Shown piece after piece: positions 13,913 to 25,971 of a stretch of DNA of 64,000 nucleotides. A program made the position numbers and the translations under genes. The DNA comes from Alloascoidea hylecoeti (taxonomy: Eukaryota), in assembly GCA_001600815.1 (NCBI GenBank), contig BCKZ01000004.1, forward strand, positions 310,001-374,000. Direction: 5' to 3'. The notes beneath the pieces were generated by a model that was not told the origin of the DNA, did no database searches, and saw nothing but the letters and a program-made list of their open reading frames with translations. The stretch's first letter is position 1. Every line of letters starts with the position of its first letter.

Positions 13913-15814
13913 TCATCTGATAAGCTCTATTCTGCAGTCATTACCCTCAGAAAGGTCGATTAAATCACTTCCAAACATACTCAAGCTCTTAGTATCGACA
14001 ATGTTTGGCATATCAGAGTTCCACAATTTATAAAATCTTAAGGTGCTGTCACTAACCGCAACACATAGCGAACTATCGTCTGGAGAAGAAACGGCCGACA
14101 ATATTCTATGATTCATTTCAGCAGGGACCTGTGATAACAACTCTAACTTGGGATATGTATACACAGCCAAAAGGATTCTATTCTCGCGTCCGGGCCCACC
14201 AAAGCCATATGTTACGGCAAATTCTCTATTGGTTTTAGACCAGGTAAGTGAAGTTATCTGACCTGTAACATCAAATGATCTCAGTAATGTACCAGATATA
14301 CTATGCCAAAACCTAATATTAAAATTCAAAATTAGAAACGTTAATTGTTTATTCTTACACAAATTCTCTACTGAGCTGATTATGGGGATAATACCTTATA
14401 GTTCTGTCCTTTGTACCTCCTCCGGTAACAAGGAGATTTCTCGACCAAGGACAGAACGCCATTGCTTTTACAGCTGCATTATGGTTCAATTTGTGTAACA
14501 ATTTGGGGTAATTCATGTTTTCGATATTCCAAACAGAGCAACAATCATCATTTCCACCAATTGCGATTTGCTTATGATCACTACTTAGTGATAGACCTAA
14601 GTTATACGTTGAGTTGGGGATGCCATCCTTGTTTAATCTTAATCAGTATACGTCAACTTACCACAAATTTGCTGAGTGTGTTCCTTGATTGTTGTAATAG
14701 ACCGGATGTCCAATGATCCGGCAATATTATCATTGGATTCTTCATCAAACCCTATCTTTTCATTCTTACTTTGATTATACAGCTCCATTAGAACCACATT
14801 TCCGGTCTCATCCCCCATGAAAAATCTATTTCTGGAACCAGAAAGCCAAAGAATACAACATATTCCACTACTATGACAATAGTTAGCCAATAAGTGATAG
14901 TTAATGGCAGAATATACACTCAAAACACCGCCCTTTGTAGCAACTATCAAAACATAATCATTTGAAAACGAAACACAACTAACTTCTGAATCGCTCATAT
15001 CTCTATCCATGAACGTTGATCGAAGTGATGTTTCTGACCATATGAGTGCATTGTTCGCCAATCCAACTAATATTTCGTTAGTTTTTCTGGACCACGATAC
15101 AAGGTTAGAGTAAAAATCATCTCTCAAGTAAGGGGCACCCAAAATTTTAAATGGTTTTAAAACAATGGGTTTCACATTTTTCTGAGATTTGCTTTTTTTC
15201 TCAATATTAGAATTGAAATCGTTAACAGGGGTTTGAGGATCTATCACATAGGGAGTGTTGTGACCCAGATCATAAGTTGAATTAAAAATTGATTTTGAAC
15301 TTGGATTAAAACTCAGTAAATTTTTATTACCAGTTTGATGAATTCCTAAAGCTTTAGCAATAATTTCTTTGTGATCGGATTTCTTATAATTAATGATAGC
15401 TGGACCCCTGCTTTCACTAAATTTCTTTGACTCTGATGAACGAGTTGGTGTATTCATTCCTAACCAAGGAGACCCTAATAAGTCAGATGTGGTTGAATCT
15501 CTCATTAAAGACCTAGGAGTTGAAGGTACAATAAACGGATCATAAACATCACCACCACTAGCGCTTGAGTTGTGACTAAAACAATGAATATTTCTCGGTT
15601 TTTTCCTGGATTTAACAATAGCAGAACTCTCGTCATTTTTCTGATATGCTTTGTATCTTTGAAACGAAAGCTTTCTGCATGGGATAAACCTATCTGAATG
15701 TGTTTTCTGAGTTCTGAAAGGAGTGATTGGAGATGCTAAACCACCAAAATGATCCATATACTTTTTCTTCTCTAAATTGGAACTTCTTGCATAAGAAGTA
15801 CAATCGGAGGCCAT
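13913..15814 (-). CDS. AMA1: Meiotic APC/C activator (Cdc20 family), 3 exons
   Basis: C-box DRFIP, APYLRDDFYSNLVSWS, HNAAVKAMAFCPWS, C-terminal IR tail; introns 14661-14597 and 14394-14313. Confidence 0.88.
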
Positions 15815-16000
15815 TATTCTTATAATGTTGGATACACGACTAGGGGCTAGCTGTTTTGTTTATTTTATAATATATTTTTTTATTCTTTGTCGTGCTTGTG
15901 ATTTTTTGTGATGGAGTGAAAAGACGTAACTATAAAAATACAAATTATAATTATTCCGGATCCATCGGAATCACGTGGCACAACTAATATTAACGAATAT

Positions 16001-18055
16001 TTATAAGCTAAATAGTTCTTGGTGAAATTTGAGCTTGTTTTCATTACTCCATTTTTCTGCTTGATGTACCAAACCTGGAGGCCCAGCAGCTATAACCCAT
16101 AATTTCGATTTTTCATCATCATCATGACCAGGTACGTTACTTGCCCTACAACAAGGTTCTGAACTATTACTCGTGGGTCCTCGACAACAGCCTCGATCTA
16201 AAAACCAATCATACAATCGACAACCTAGAATTGGCCGTCCTTTGAATAAACAAATCCCACCCTCAGGTTTATGCATGGGCTTAAGATCCTTCGGTAATTT
16301 CTTGATCCGAGGAGGAATGGATCTATTATAATGACCCTGTGTATCAATACGAATACTCAAATTTTCATCATCTTTTTCCTCTGTTTGATTGGATTCTTCA
16401 TCTGAATCCAAACCTAAGTCAAAATTGTTATACTTTGTGAAATTTGGTTCACTTGAATTTTTCATAGTTTTTGATGAAAACTTCCGGCCGATATAATCAT
16501 AACAAGAAGACTGTGATTCATCAATACTACTTTTTGAATTCAAAGTAGATTTCACACTATTATAATCATTAAATAATTGTACTCCTTTTAATAATGGATC
16601 ATTTTCAATTTTCTTTTGTAGTTTGGTTGGCGTTAACCTGATTTCAGATTCTTCTTCTTGTCTATTATTTAATTTTATAACTAACCGTGATATCCGATAT
16701 TTTAAATCAACTTCTGTAATGTATAGTTCAACATCGTTTGTAATGTTAAAATACGACAAAATTTCAGCATCCCTAGGATCTCTTATTACCCAAATCAATT
16801 TATAAGGAATACCTCTATATTCGAGTATTCTTAATAATGGAATTGCCACCGAGATTGATGAGCCACCACACACAAATAACACCTTTTTAACACCTTCAAA
16901 GCCATAGTTTAAGGATGTTCCATTTATCCCCGGTACATGAGTCCCTAGGAACTCTTTTCCTTTAAAACTTTTGAATGGCCCAAATAATGTGTATTTTTTA
17001 TTTGGGTGAACAACCCAATTGGTCTTTTTAATTAATAATTTCACTTCTTTGTCTTGTGGTAAAGAAACTATAGTATATGGATGTGAAGGTAAGAGCCATG
17101 CTAAAGGAGATAAAACAATGGATCTTGATAGAATTCTTAAATGACTTCCAGGTGAAAATGTTTTAGGTAAACAGTTCCTTGGAATTGTGACGATATACAA
17201 TGAAGGTGATATCCTCTCCACAATTGAAATAAAAGAGGATGAGTGTGTTAACCTGAAAAGAATCTGATATGATAATATTGAAACACAAGAAATGGTATAG
17301 AGGCCAACACCGGGCCTAGAATGAATATATAACATAAGAATAGAAAGCCAAGCAAATGGATAATGTATAGCATAAAAGAAACGATACGATTTTCGTCTAA
17401 TTTGAGGAAGTGAAGTTATGCCTATCATTAAAAACAGAAATAGACAGATAAATCCAGCAATATTAGCTATCTTTGTAAGTTTGAAAAGTTTCCCAACACA
17501 TGAATAGAAATAAATATACATTATTGCATGGCATAAAGATTGCAACACCACTATCCTCGAGATCCATTTATGTAGTGGTAGAAGTCTAAGATGAAGTGTA
17601 TATGGAAGAGGTGAAGGTTTCAACGTCAAAAACATTAACAAAGGCATTAAAGAAGATGCTATTCTAGCCATTCTTTTCGTCAAGAACAAAAAGTCGTTGT
17701 TGTTGTCATGCCATGTTAAATATAGTATTACTATTCCAATGATGAAGATCCCTTTATTCACAGTACACCTAAGTTTTAAAGCTGTGTAGTACTTCCAAAA
17801 GAATTTTGACTTTGGTTCGTAAGATATAACTGCCCCAATTATAGGGATAGAAACCAGTAATATCATCGACATTAAAAACGATATGAGCCCATAGTGATGA
17901 GTGACTTCTTTTCGAAAGTGAGAGTACACCTTATCTGGATGGTGCACAACCTCTAGGCTGAAATGATTCACTAGAGTGTGAATCCAGTTATTTATGGTGT
18001 CCCATTCTGTCAACGATAAAAATGTGTGATTAACCGCTGGTCGTGGAGAGTACAT
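16001..18055 (-). CDS. AIM14: Ferric reductase/NADPH oxidase-family membrane protein (Aim14/Yno1-like)
   Basis: Multiple TM helices with haem His residues (LPLHKWISR), FAD motif HPYT, NADPH motif GGSSIS, C-terminal AGP...FHQELF. Confidence 0.7.
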   Translation of the reverse strand: MYSPRPAVNHTFLSLTEWDTINNWIHTLVNHFSLEVVHHPDKVYSHFRKEVTHHYGLISFLMSMILLVSIPIIGAVISYEPKSKFFWKYYTALKLRCTVNKGIFIIGIVILYLTWHDNNNDFLFLTKRMARIASSLMPLLMFLTLKPSPLPYTLHLRLLPLHKWISRIVVLQSLCHAIMYIYFYSCVGKLFKLTKIANIAGFICLFLFLMIGITSLPQIRRKSYRFFYAIHYPFAWLSILMLYIHSRPGVGLYTISCVSILSYQILFRLTHSSSFISIVERISPSLYIVTIPRNCLPKTFSPGSHLRILSRSIVLSPLAWLLPSHPYTIVSLPQDKEVKLLIKKTNWVVHPNKKYTLFGPFKSFKGKEFLGTHVPGINGTSLNYGFEGVKKVLFVCGGSSISVAIPLLRILEYRGIPYKLIWVIRDPRDAEILSYFNITNDVELYITEVDLKYRISRLVIKLNNRQEEESEIRLTPTKLQKKIENDPLLKGVQLFNDYNSVKSTLNSKSSIDESQSSCYDYIGRKFSSKTMKNSSEPNFTKYNNFDLGLDSDEESNQTEEKDDENLSIRIDTQGHYNRSIPPRIKKLPKDLKPMHKPEGGICLFKGRPILGCRLYDWFLDRGCCRGPTSNSSEPCCRASNVPGHDDDEKSKLWVIAAGPPGLVHQAEKWSNENKLKFHQELFSL

Positions 18056-18975
18056 TATATTTTTTGTTGAGAGCGAAACCGTTTAAATGTAGGTTTCATC
18101 CAGCAATAATATTTTTAAAATTTTAAATCTCTCGGGTCCGTTGCTGAAAAAGTTAAAAGGAAGGAGGAATAAACAAAAAAAAAAAGAAGGAATACACTTG
18201 GTTATATCCTAGAAGTATTAGCTTAGAAAGGATGAAAGGGTAGTGAAAATCCTGTATGGTTAAATGGAAGAACAAAATAAGTGCAGATTTTATTCTATAG
18301 TCTAAATTATATTTTAAATAAAGAAGATCGAAAATCATAAAAAACACGTAGATTTGACCTGCACAGTTCACCCCGCGAAAAATAAACTACATAAATTTGC
18401 ATTAACGACGGGTAAATCCTCCTTCAACGCTATTTGAAACCACGATTGAATTTTTCTTAGATATCTGATTTCAATGACTTGCTACTGTACTTATATAATG
18501 TCGACACTGTTGAAATATGTTATGATACAGATGATCCTATTTAGGTTTAGTTTGACCCGTTTATAACGACTAACCTGGAATATCCATGACCATGATCAAC
18601 AGCGATGATCATTTGTTAATCTTATATAAAGTTGTCATAGTTTACGTAGTTGTGTATTATATGCTTTCAGGTGCATTGGCTAAATATCTTTTAGTTATAC
18701 CTTAAGCTTATATGCACATAGTCATGAGGTATAAGACCAAGTACTAGTCAGTAATTCTAAGAATTTTTTGATCTATGTAGATTTGGAACTAATCATGTCT
18801 TTTATATTTGTATTAATTATGTGTCTTTGATTATTATAATGTATAATGTATAAGTCTTATAGTATTTTTTTGTAATTGATGTTTTTTTCTATGCATATTA
18901 TCTCATCAATCTCTTCTTTGATGTATATATCATCTCTATAATTATCAATTAAATCTTATTTTAATTTTCATTAAA

Positions 18976-20514
18976 TCATTCTTTCAAATGAGCTGTTGCA
19001 TTCTTATATAATTCCTGCCACATAAATGCTTCAGCTAATAAAATTTCAACTTCTTTACCGCAATCATCCCAATATTTGCTTGGCGGAGATTGTAAAAAAA
19101 CCATAATCTCTTGAAACTCCATTGATAATAATTGTTTTGACCAACGATTTAAAAAAGCAGCACAAACATAAATATGAAATTCTCTAAAACCTGTACCTAA
19201 TGGTTCTGATAAGTAACTATCCCACATTCTTATTATATTTGGTAAAGATAACTCTCGCATTAGTAAACAATTCATCCATCGGAAACTAAATTGAATATAT
19301 TCAATCCCTTGATTATCTAAATGTGCAGCTAATTGTGGATCAATCTTTTTTGTTAATGAATGAAGTGCGGTTATTTGTGAAATGATTCCTGGTTGAGCAT
19401 GAATATAATTGTCTTGTATCGAGTCTAGTAATTTTGATAAACACCAGAATGTATCAGCTTCTAACGAATCTAACTCAGTTTTTGTTAATTTTTCCGGATC
19501 GAATAATTCAACTACCATAAGATCACCAATAGTATTTGGAGGAATATAAGAAGATAGAAAAGTTTGAAAAATTGGAGTTGCAATGTCATTTATACCTTGA
19601 ACATACCCACTAGCTGGATGTCTTATGGCCCAAAGGTATAATATTCTTTCTAATGATCTTTGTGTTGTTTCATAACTATATAAACGAATATGAGGATTTG
19701 TCCTTCTAACATCAATTACAATTTGATGCCATGTTTGTTGATCTTTTTCGGTTTTAAATGATAAATTAATCGCATCAACATATTCTTTTCTTTTTCTTTC
19801 TAAACTTGAGGCATGAAGGTTTGTGTTTGGTGATAAATATGAAAAAAGTAATTTCCAAACTAATGATCTATAGTGTGCTGGTATACCAGACCATGCGAGC
19901 TTGCGCAGGGACACCATGTCGATAGAGTTCGGTACGTCAAGAATGCGGCTGAATTTTGCTTCTTTTGTCGCAGTTGGGTCAAGATTACTTGATTCAGTCG
20001 GAGGTGCAGGTTTGGGGATAGAAGGAGGTTTCTCAATTCGGACATGTGCATCCCAATCATCATCCGAGTCAAAATCACCATTACCGACTGAATCATTTTT
20101 TTCTCTCGTGTGTGTATGTTTTAAATGATTTTGTTTAGTTTCAGTAGAAGGCCGCTGTGAAGATGGCTGTGAATTAGTGTAAGAATAAGAAGCACCAAAC
20201 ACTCTGTTCTCTTCCGCCGATCCTATTTTGGATCGGGTTTGTGAATGGGATCTCAGAAACGATAGGGCCTTTCCTTTTCCTCCATTTTCTCTAAAGACGT
20301 ATGAATCTAGTTTTATAGCCGGTTAGCACTTAATGAGATGTAGATAAAAGAAGGTTTGTTTTTAGATCTTTGGAACGCAGACTTACAACCAGATAGTTCC
20401 TTCTTAAACTATGTTAGTAAAACTGATCAAATATTCATGTATATACAATTTGTCACTTCAATTCCTAATCCATTAAATAACTAAGAAACTTACCTGAGAG
20501 TGCTTATTTGACAT
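18976..20514 (-). CDS. GYP1: TBC-domain Rab GAP, 3 exons
   Basis: IVIDVRRT, ASGYVQGINDI, EADTFWCLSKL, FSFRWMNCLL; 5' micro-exons 20514-20494 and 20408-20387 splice in frame to 20306. Confidence 0.9.
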
Positions 20515-21162
20515 TTCATGTCTCGTAGAAGTTATGATATTTGTGTTCGTTTGCTGTTTTGATGAGTTGTAAATTTGAAAGTAAGAATACTAAATCCGGG
20601 TAACAATAACATACTCTCCAGAATTTCATACTAATTGCAATTTATCAATTATGTTATAAAATGAAATTACTCGGAGCATTAAATTTATATTTATACTTAT
20701 ATCATTATTGAATTGAAATTATAAATCATTGCCCTCTAATATGAACAATGTCTCTTTTTCATTTAAGAAGATCCTCGTATTGTTATATGAACATTCTTGA
20801 TGCCAATATTGATTATCATATCATGTTATTATTATATGCTTATGTAGGAACAGTACTCATAAAATCATAATTAATATTAATAATATATAATTATAGCTAT
20901 GCGATAATATTTCGTTGACAAATCCTCAAAGTACCATTATATATAACTATAGATTATGTTTAATGAATGGCATGCTGCAATGTGATACAAATTGATCAAA
21001 TTCACTTAAGAAAGATAAATTATTATTGATAATACTCGAAGTCAGATTGATAAAAAATGTTGTAGCTGACAAAAATGAAAAATGCATATACCTTGATCAC
21101 CTCTTAATAGCAAAATCAGAAGTTTTGATCGGAAAACAAAGAATGAATACCGCCATCGAGAA

Positions 21163-21768
21163 TTAAACTAGTTCTTCCAAGTAAGTTTTCAGCTTTTCTT
21201 GTTCCTTTACATCTTCTCTTTCCTTTTCAATTTCTTTGTTTTCCTGTTCATCTTTCTTTCTATCTTCCTCTTCTTCTTCTTTTATTAGTTCGTCCAAGTC
21301 ATAATCAAACTGATTCATATCGATCTTTCCAGATGCATCAAAGTCATTCGGTAAAGTTTGTGGTCTTGCTAATGGTTTCCTAAAACCTCTTGATCGCAAT
21401 CCAGATTGAAATTTAAGAGGAATATCATTTTTAGTAACACTAGGTAATCTGACGTGTCTAGCCTTTTCAAAAGCTTCCTTGGCTTTCTCTGTCATACTAC
21501 TTGTTGAATTTCCATATCCATGAGACATTTGGGTAACTCCTGTTGTTGACAATGGTTGATATGTATATGTTTCTGCTGATGAAGTTTGTGCTATTGATTC
21601 TTTGTCATTACCTAATTCTTCTTCACTATCTGATTTTTTCCCGAGAGATGATAAGTTTAATGGAGCATTATCTATTCTGTACTTCCCAATGCCATTAAGA
21701 AGAGGTAATGCAAAAACAAACACAATGATCACTATAATTATAAGAATAAGTATTAGAGTCTGTCCCAT
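21163..21768 (-). CDS. Hypothetical single-pass membrane protein with an acidic, charged C-terminus
   Basis: 201-aa ORF, N-terminal hydrophobic anchor, TCACGTGA upstream at 21881. Confidence 0.7.
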   Translation of the reverse strand: MGQTLILILIIIVIIVFVFALPLLNGIGKYRIDNAPLNLSSLGKKSDSEEELGNDKESIAQTSSAETYTYQPLSTTGVTQMSHGYGNSTSSMTEKAKEAFEKARHVRLPSVTKNDIPLKFQSGLRSRGFRKPLARPQTLPNDFDASGKIDMNQFDYDLDELIKEEEEEDRKKDEQENKEIEKEREDVKEQEKLKTYLEELV

Positions 21769-22559
21769 TCTGTGTATATCGTTAGGCTCCGAATTTTTTT
21801 TAAAAATAAATCAATAGAAGCAAACGTCCTTATAAAAAGTTTGAAATAACTATTTTGAACCTACGCTTAAGTAAAATACATCACGTGATATATATTTTAG
21901 GTATTAGTCAGGGATGCGGAACAACTTACCTAATCAACATAAACAATTGATTCTCCACAATTAATATTGCAATTGAGTCAGTATTTTCTCCCAAAAAAAG
22001 AAATATTATTGCTAAAATAATTAAGTTACATCGTCACATTTTTATATGTAATAAATATTTGATTTAAATTATATTCAGATAGATATTTGGATTTTTCACT
22101 AACAACCGGCCATTCCCTAACAACCGTCCACAGATATGCATCATATAGAATACATCTCCCTGGTCAGCACTTTTATGCAGAAATAGCTAACATCTTGAAA
22201 ATATATGGTAAGTGTTTAAATCAGACATTGATCTCCAAAAACATACTTTCTCGTTCCAAAAAGACTAGTATGACCTTTCTATCCAGAAGAAGTCTTGAAG
22301 AAGTGCACCGATGTGCCAGAGACATCTAAAGCACTCAATTCACTGGAAAACTTAAATGTGCCTGTATTTTTACAATCTATTCTACCTAGTGAGTGACACC
22401 AAAGAATTCTAAAATCTATAAAAAAACAGCTACCAGATTATCCCGTGTAATACGTACAGTTTATATAGACAATAAATAGCTTTGTTAATAATACCAGTTT
22501 TTTTCTTTCTTTCTTTCAACTTCGGAACCTGAATTATCTAACTCTAGATCTTATAGGGT

Positions 22560-24314
22560 ATATTTCTTCCTTCCTGTCTCCCATTTATTTTAAGAGATTC
22601 TGAGTAAAACCATGCTACATCAATCTCAATCATCTTTGACCAGTGTGTAAGTTATAATCTGTCTACTGTGATGCTCATTGCCCGTCAAAACCTTAAATAT
22701 ATTAAGTTCCCAGGTAATAATATATCTACCAAGAAGTCGGTGTTCGTATTAACAAACCTTTCTACAAACGTGTTTGCACATATTGTCAAATTATTAACTC
22801 TCACATCAAAAACGTCCCCGTTCCTTATTAGCATCATGTAATTAGTCCAGTTTGTCTCGTTAGGCGCGAAGAACCGTCCTGGCTTCTCTACATCATATGG
22901 TCGACTCGTAACAGTGTCAATTCTACAGCTTCTCGCCAACCAACAATATTCCCATGCTGTCCAATAATCTGGCTTCATATTAAAATGATTGTGCTTAAAA
23001 TCAGAATTTTTCAACTCACCTTTACCCTCGTACGGAGTATGATGGTCAATGAAAGGCTTAAGTGGCATAAATATGTACATAGCACAAGGTGGTGGTAGCT
23101 AGGTCGTAGTTAAGTGTGAGCACCAACCACAAGATCGTAATCATTACGTGCCGCATCTTCCAAGACAGTAACCGTCATTTTTTTTCTTGGGTGTGATCTG
23201 GTGCCTCGGTAAGTAACCTGGTGACAACAAGCATTCATCAAACAATATGGGATTGGTTTTCCGCAACCAACAGATACCATGGCAGAGTAGTTAGTATCAG
23301 GTACTAGAATGCCAAGAGGTTGATAGCATCAGCCCGTTCGGTTTCAACCCGAAGTTTTACTTGTGTCATGGCGTAACCAAAACCGTAAAAAGATGAATAT
23401 ACTACCCCTGCAAAGTTAAGTTTGTCAAGAACTTTGAAGTAGTAGTGCTCTTTATGTGCTCGGCCAGCTGCAGTACCTGTAATCAAGAAACGTAACCGGC
23501 CACGACAGGTCCTGTAGGTAGGTAGGTAAGCTAACATTCAGGGGATGAGTGAGCCACAGACTTCCTTCATAGTCAGTGCAGCACTAAAGTGTGTGTACAA
23601 CCTCTGTGTAGACACATACAGCGATATGCTTGACCATTCTTCTTCTGGACTCATTCATTCATGTAATCATGTAGTCAACTACAACACCAGGGACCAGCGA
23701 GTTATCACCTTTAGATGGAGTGTCGAGATAGTCATGTAGAACCTCCAAAGAATGCCTGGTTCTAACAGCAATTCGACGGGTCAGCATTGGTGTACTGAAG
23801 TCTAGTAGATATCTAGAAGACCGAACCCATTTACTCCAACTGGCTGTCATAAATCTAGACTGTCTAGGTCCAAACCCTTCAATATCGATAATATCACAGT
23901 CTTCAGAAAAAACAACGGTATTGACAGTTGCATAAGTGGCACATAATCAGGGTCTGACTCGTACTCTACACCTGCAGCCACTGGAGGATAATCATTGTCA
24001 AAGATGTCAGAACGATCGATTTTGATGCGACCATATCCCACCAATTAATACCTTCGATAGCGGAAAATTCCCGTTGAATGTCTTGAGACGATAAACCGAC
24101 ACGAGAGCACATAGCCTTGTAGATCATGTTCAAATTCACAATTCCGTCGGTAGTTAAGAACTCCCCTCCGATACCTGATAGATCGGTGCTCCCTCCTCGG
24201 CAGTAAAAACTCGAGTTTTGTAAGGTTTCCCAAACTTAACCTTAAAGAATTAATCAGAAAAGATTGAGAACTTTCCGGAAACGCTGGTAAAACACTGGTG
24301 ATAAATGTGCTCAT
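22560..24314 (-). pseudogene. Endogenous totivirus-like capsid (Gag) gene, frameshifted
   Basis: Colinear blocks resembling S. cerevisiae L-A Gag as recalled: SKWVRSSRYLLDFSTPMLTRRIAVR~SKWHRRTNLAIDYEAPQLADKFAYR; LYVSTQRLYTHFSAA~KYVNHNRLYNQFYTA; EGSLWLTH~EGYAWLMH; RGRLRFLITG~RGRYPFLLSG; AWEYCWLARSCRIDT~AWKLAWALRVAGYDT; FFAPNETNWT~FYADNGDTWT; NGDVFDVRV~DGDVMEVFV. 3' end approximate. Confidence 0.88.
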
Positions 24315-25971
24315 TGTGTAATTGAATAAGATAAGAAGATTTAAAAAGTTTTTTAATAAAGAGACTTAAACAAAACGGCAGGAAATGAATGAAGAAAGTA
24401 GTTGAAAGTGCATTTTGAGCATATTGCGGTTGTTCTTTAAATCTCGCAGAACTTATGGGTAAAAAAGGAAAAAAATGCCCTTTAAAAGGTAACTCAGGTG
24501 CAGATGTTGAGTAAATGGTTGTTTATGGGATGGATTGAAAAAATGGATGAGCCTATGGCTCTTATCATATATGTATAATTCTTTAGTTATTAAGTAATTG
24601 TTTTTTTAACTACGTACTGTTGCTCTGATGGGGACGGAACATAGATATGGCCGAAACCGAAGTGTTATTTTGAACCGTGTTAGTCGTTTGAAGTCTGTAT
24701 GAGTAAGATTTAGTGCCCAAATAGTATATATTGTCATCTTGGCTGAGAATGTGCAGAGTATACACTCTAGGGAAAAATATAGGAAATATAAGGTCTAGGG
24801 GCTTCAAAATAAGTGCGACTTATTTCCTATAACTTATGGTACATATCTATAAAAGTTAAGGTCAAAAAAATAAAAATAAAGTTTTACTCTTACTATGTGC
24901 ATATGCATATAAATTTATTCTGTGTTTTTTTCTTAGGACCTTCCAAAAAATCCCATCTTTCTAAAAATACCATAGAATGACTTAAGTTCATGAGTTACAT
25001 TAAGCGAAATTTTTGGCAATTCTACTTCTAGAAAACGATTTTAACCAACTAAGCGAATTAAAGATGTAATTTTTGAAAATATAGCCTCTCAGTTCCCAAC
25101 TACAGTGGTCATAATGCTTTTTAATAATTCGCTTTCAACCGTTACGGGGCTGGGATACGGTGGAGAAATTTGCAATAACATTTCTGGGCTACAATTATAA
25201 ATTTATAAGATATGATAGTGCTGTCCATTTAATGTATCACCTAGAGAAGTAAACTTAAACTTATAATTGAGAGCTGTAGATGAAATACCAATATTGCAAC
25301 ATTATATATAAAAGATTGATATTAACGTTAACAGGACTTCAAGGTTTTCAATATCCAAAAACTATGGTACTATCTGGTCGTATATGTTCTCGTATCGGCT
25401 AATCCTCAACAAATAATAAGTTATTAGATCTAGAAAATATAATAAAAGTGAATGGATACTCAAAATGATTTAATTGATCTTATCGGAATGAAAAGAACCA
25501 GCGTAATGGGATGGTAATACCTAAATATAGATTGCAGTGGGTTAATGGCATTTGGAATGGTGTTTTAATCAAAATCTATTTGCAGTATAGAGAAGTCTGA
25601 GTCTGTGGGTCTTGTATATATATATATATAAACTGAAATTTTGAAGAGAAGCCGTAATTCACTGTATAGAGTGATAACTTGATTGACTCCATTTTTCGTA
25701 GGAAGCCCAGCCCGTCTTCGGCGTTAAGGGTGTCGACACTAAGTATTAAAATTACATTTACATACACTAATAGAATCCCTAATTTTCTATCTATGGAACA
25801 CTATAAGCAATACTTTAGGAACAGTTTGAGGTCTTGTAGAGTATGTATTTAGTGGCTCGTTATAATATTTTTTTATTCTTGAAGGTGTCTAAAAAAACAA
25901 AAACGCACACTCCAAGATTCTAGGTATAAGGTTATGGTTGTACCATGGTACGGTTTTTACAGACAGTTTCT

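Noticed and set aside
22087..22560. Possible Gag-Pol frameshift site or RdRp after the capsid fossil
   Set aside because: No clear slippery heptamer plus pseudoknot or RdRp motifs found; the + strand 80-aa ORF is unsupported
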